DNA of 64,000 nucleotides from Asaia bogorensis (GTDB lineage: Bacteria; Pseudomonadota; Alphaproteobacteria; Reyranellales; Reyranellaceae), in the NCBI GenBank assembly GCA_943372655.1, contig CALRZP010000018.1, positions 29,094-93,093 on the forward strand. Direction: 5' to 3'. A model generated the notes under the pieces. The model saw nothing but the letters and a program-made list of their open reading frames with translations. It was not told where the DNA came from and searched no databases. How positions within the stretch are numbered: position 1 is the stretch's first letter; every line of letters starts with the position of its first letter. The position numbers were made by a program, and so were the translations under genes. This document shows, one piece after another, positions 63,646 to 64,000 of this stretch.

Positions 63646-64000
63646 TCAGCGTCCCTTGAACCGGGGCGTCCGCTTCTCGCGGAAGGCCGCGGCGCCCTCC
63701 TTGCGATCCTCGGAATTGGCGATGGTCTCGAGCTTGTAGCGCTCCGGCACGAAGACCTCGGCGGGCCCGCGCGGCAGCGTCTGGTTGGCGAAGTCGCGCA
63801 GGGTGCGGATCACGAGCGGCGCGGACTCGGCAATGACCTTGGCCATGCGGCGCGCCTCGGCACGCTCCTGACCGAGCGGCACGACCTTGTTCACGAAGCC
63901 CACGTCGTAGGCGCGCTTCACCGAGATTTCCTCGCCGAGCAGCAGAAGCTCCATCGCAACCTTGTGCGGCATGCGCGAGACGATGCCCGGCATCAGCCCA
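63646..64000 (-). CDS. Enoyl-CoA hydratase/isomerase (crotonase) family protein, 3' part only
   Basis: C-terminal crotonase pattern ..A.ELLLLGE.ISV.RAYD.GFVNKVVP.. ..SED..EG..AF.EKR.P.F.G. The ORF runs off the window end. Confidence 0.75.
   Translation of the reverse strand, partial: GLMPGIVSRMPHKVAMELLLLGEEISVKRAYDVGFVNKVVPLGQERAEARRMAKVIAESAPLVIRTLRDFANQTLPRGPAEVFVPERYKLETIANSEDRKEGAAAFREKRTPRFKGR

Overview
High-G+C chromosomal segment (about 65-68% by eye). Gene order (ihfB-rpsA-cmk-aroA-TIGR02300-tRNA-Ala; uvrC-pgsA-moaD-moaE) and hairpin repeat families suggest a Rhizobiales/Bradyrhizobiaceae-like alphaproteobacterium; the taxon is inference. All calls come from reading the sequence and the ORF track and from remembered family motifs. 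No database search was run.

I support about 60 protein genes, one tRNA-Ala(GGC), one TPP riboswitch, four intrinsic terminators, seven copies of three hairpin (REP/MITE-like) repeat families, and a few candidate operators. Many very long ORFs in the track (for example 5191..10668, 1825 aa) are Arg/Ala/Gly/Pro-rich shadow frames of real genes, typical of high-GC DNA. The track also takes the longest ATG/GTG/TTG start, so I trimmed many starts using SD sites, 4-nt start/stop overlaps and family N-termini.

Layout:
- 0-10.7 kb: mixed metabolism (queC, VUT transporter, Usp, a secreted TPR+Kazal protein, an RND pump).
- 10.8-16.7 kb: transglutaminase-like protein, orphan rutA, amidase, aspartate dehydrogenase, GMC oxidoreductase.
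- 16.9-33.5 kb: one same-strand accessory catabolic block.
- 33.8-41.4 kb: a CoA-transferase and an ornithine-cyclodeaminase-family gene, then housekeeping genes.
- 41.4-45.1 kb: a tRNA-Ala-flanked lower-GC islet (sulfotransferase, sulfotransferase-like orphan, SGNH/AlgX-like enzyme).
- 45-64 kb: mostly core genes (guaD, phoH, uvrC, pgsA, moaDE, thiOSGEF, two ilvE, a two-component system, phasin, proC).

The best candidate for an undescribed system is the 16.9-33.5 kb block. It contains MarR, a xanthine-dehydrogenase-family enzyme, a 6-hydroxynicotinate-reductase-like protein, UPF0280, DUF1185, an NTF2-like protein, a Liv-type ABC importer, an orphan HyuA and two enolase-superfamily paralogues. 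Its core is six genes joined by five consecutive ATGA overlaps. It looks like an unassigned nicotinate-type N-heterocycle pathway. One of its genes also carries an in-frame insertion of a hairpin repeat. No CRISPR array, integrase, transposase or recognisable phage-defence genes were seen.
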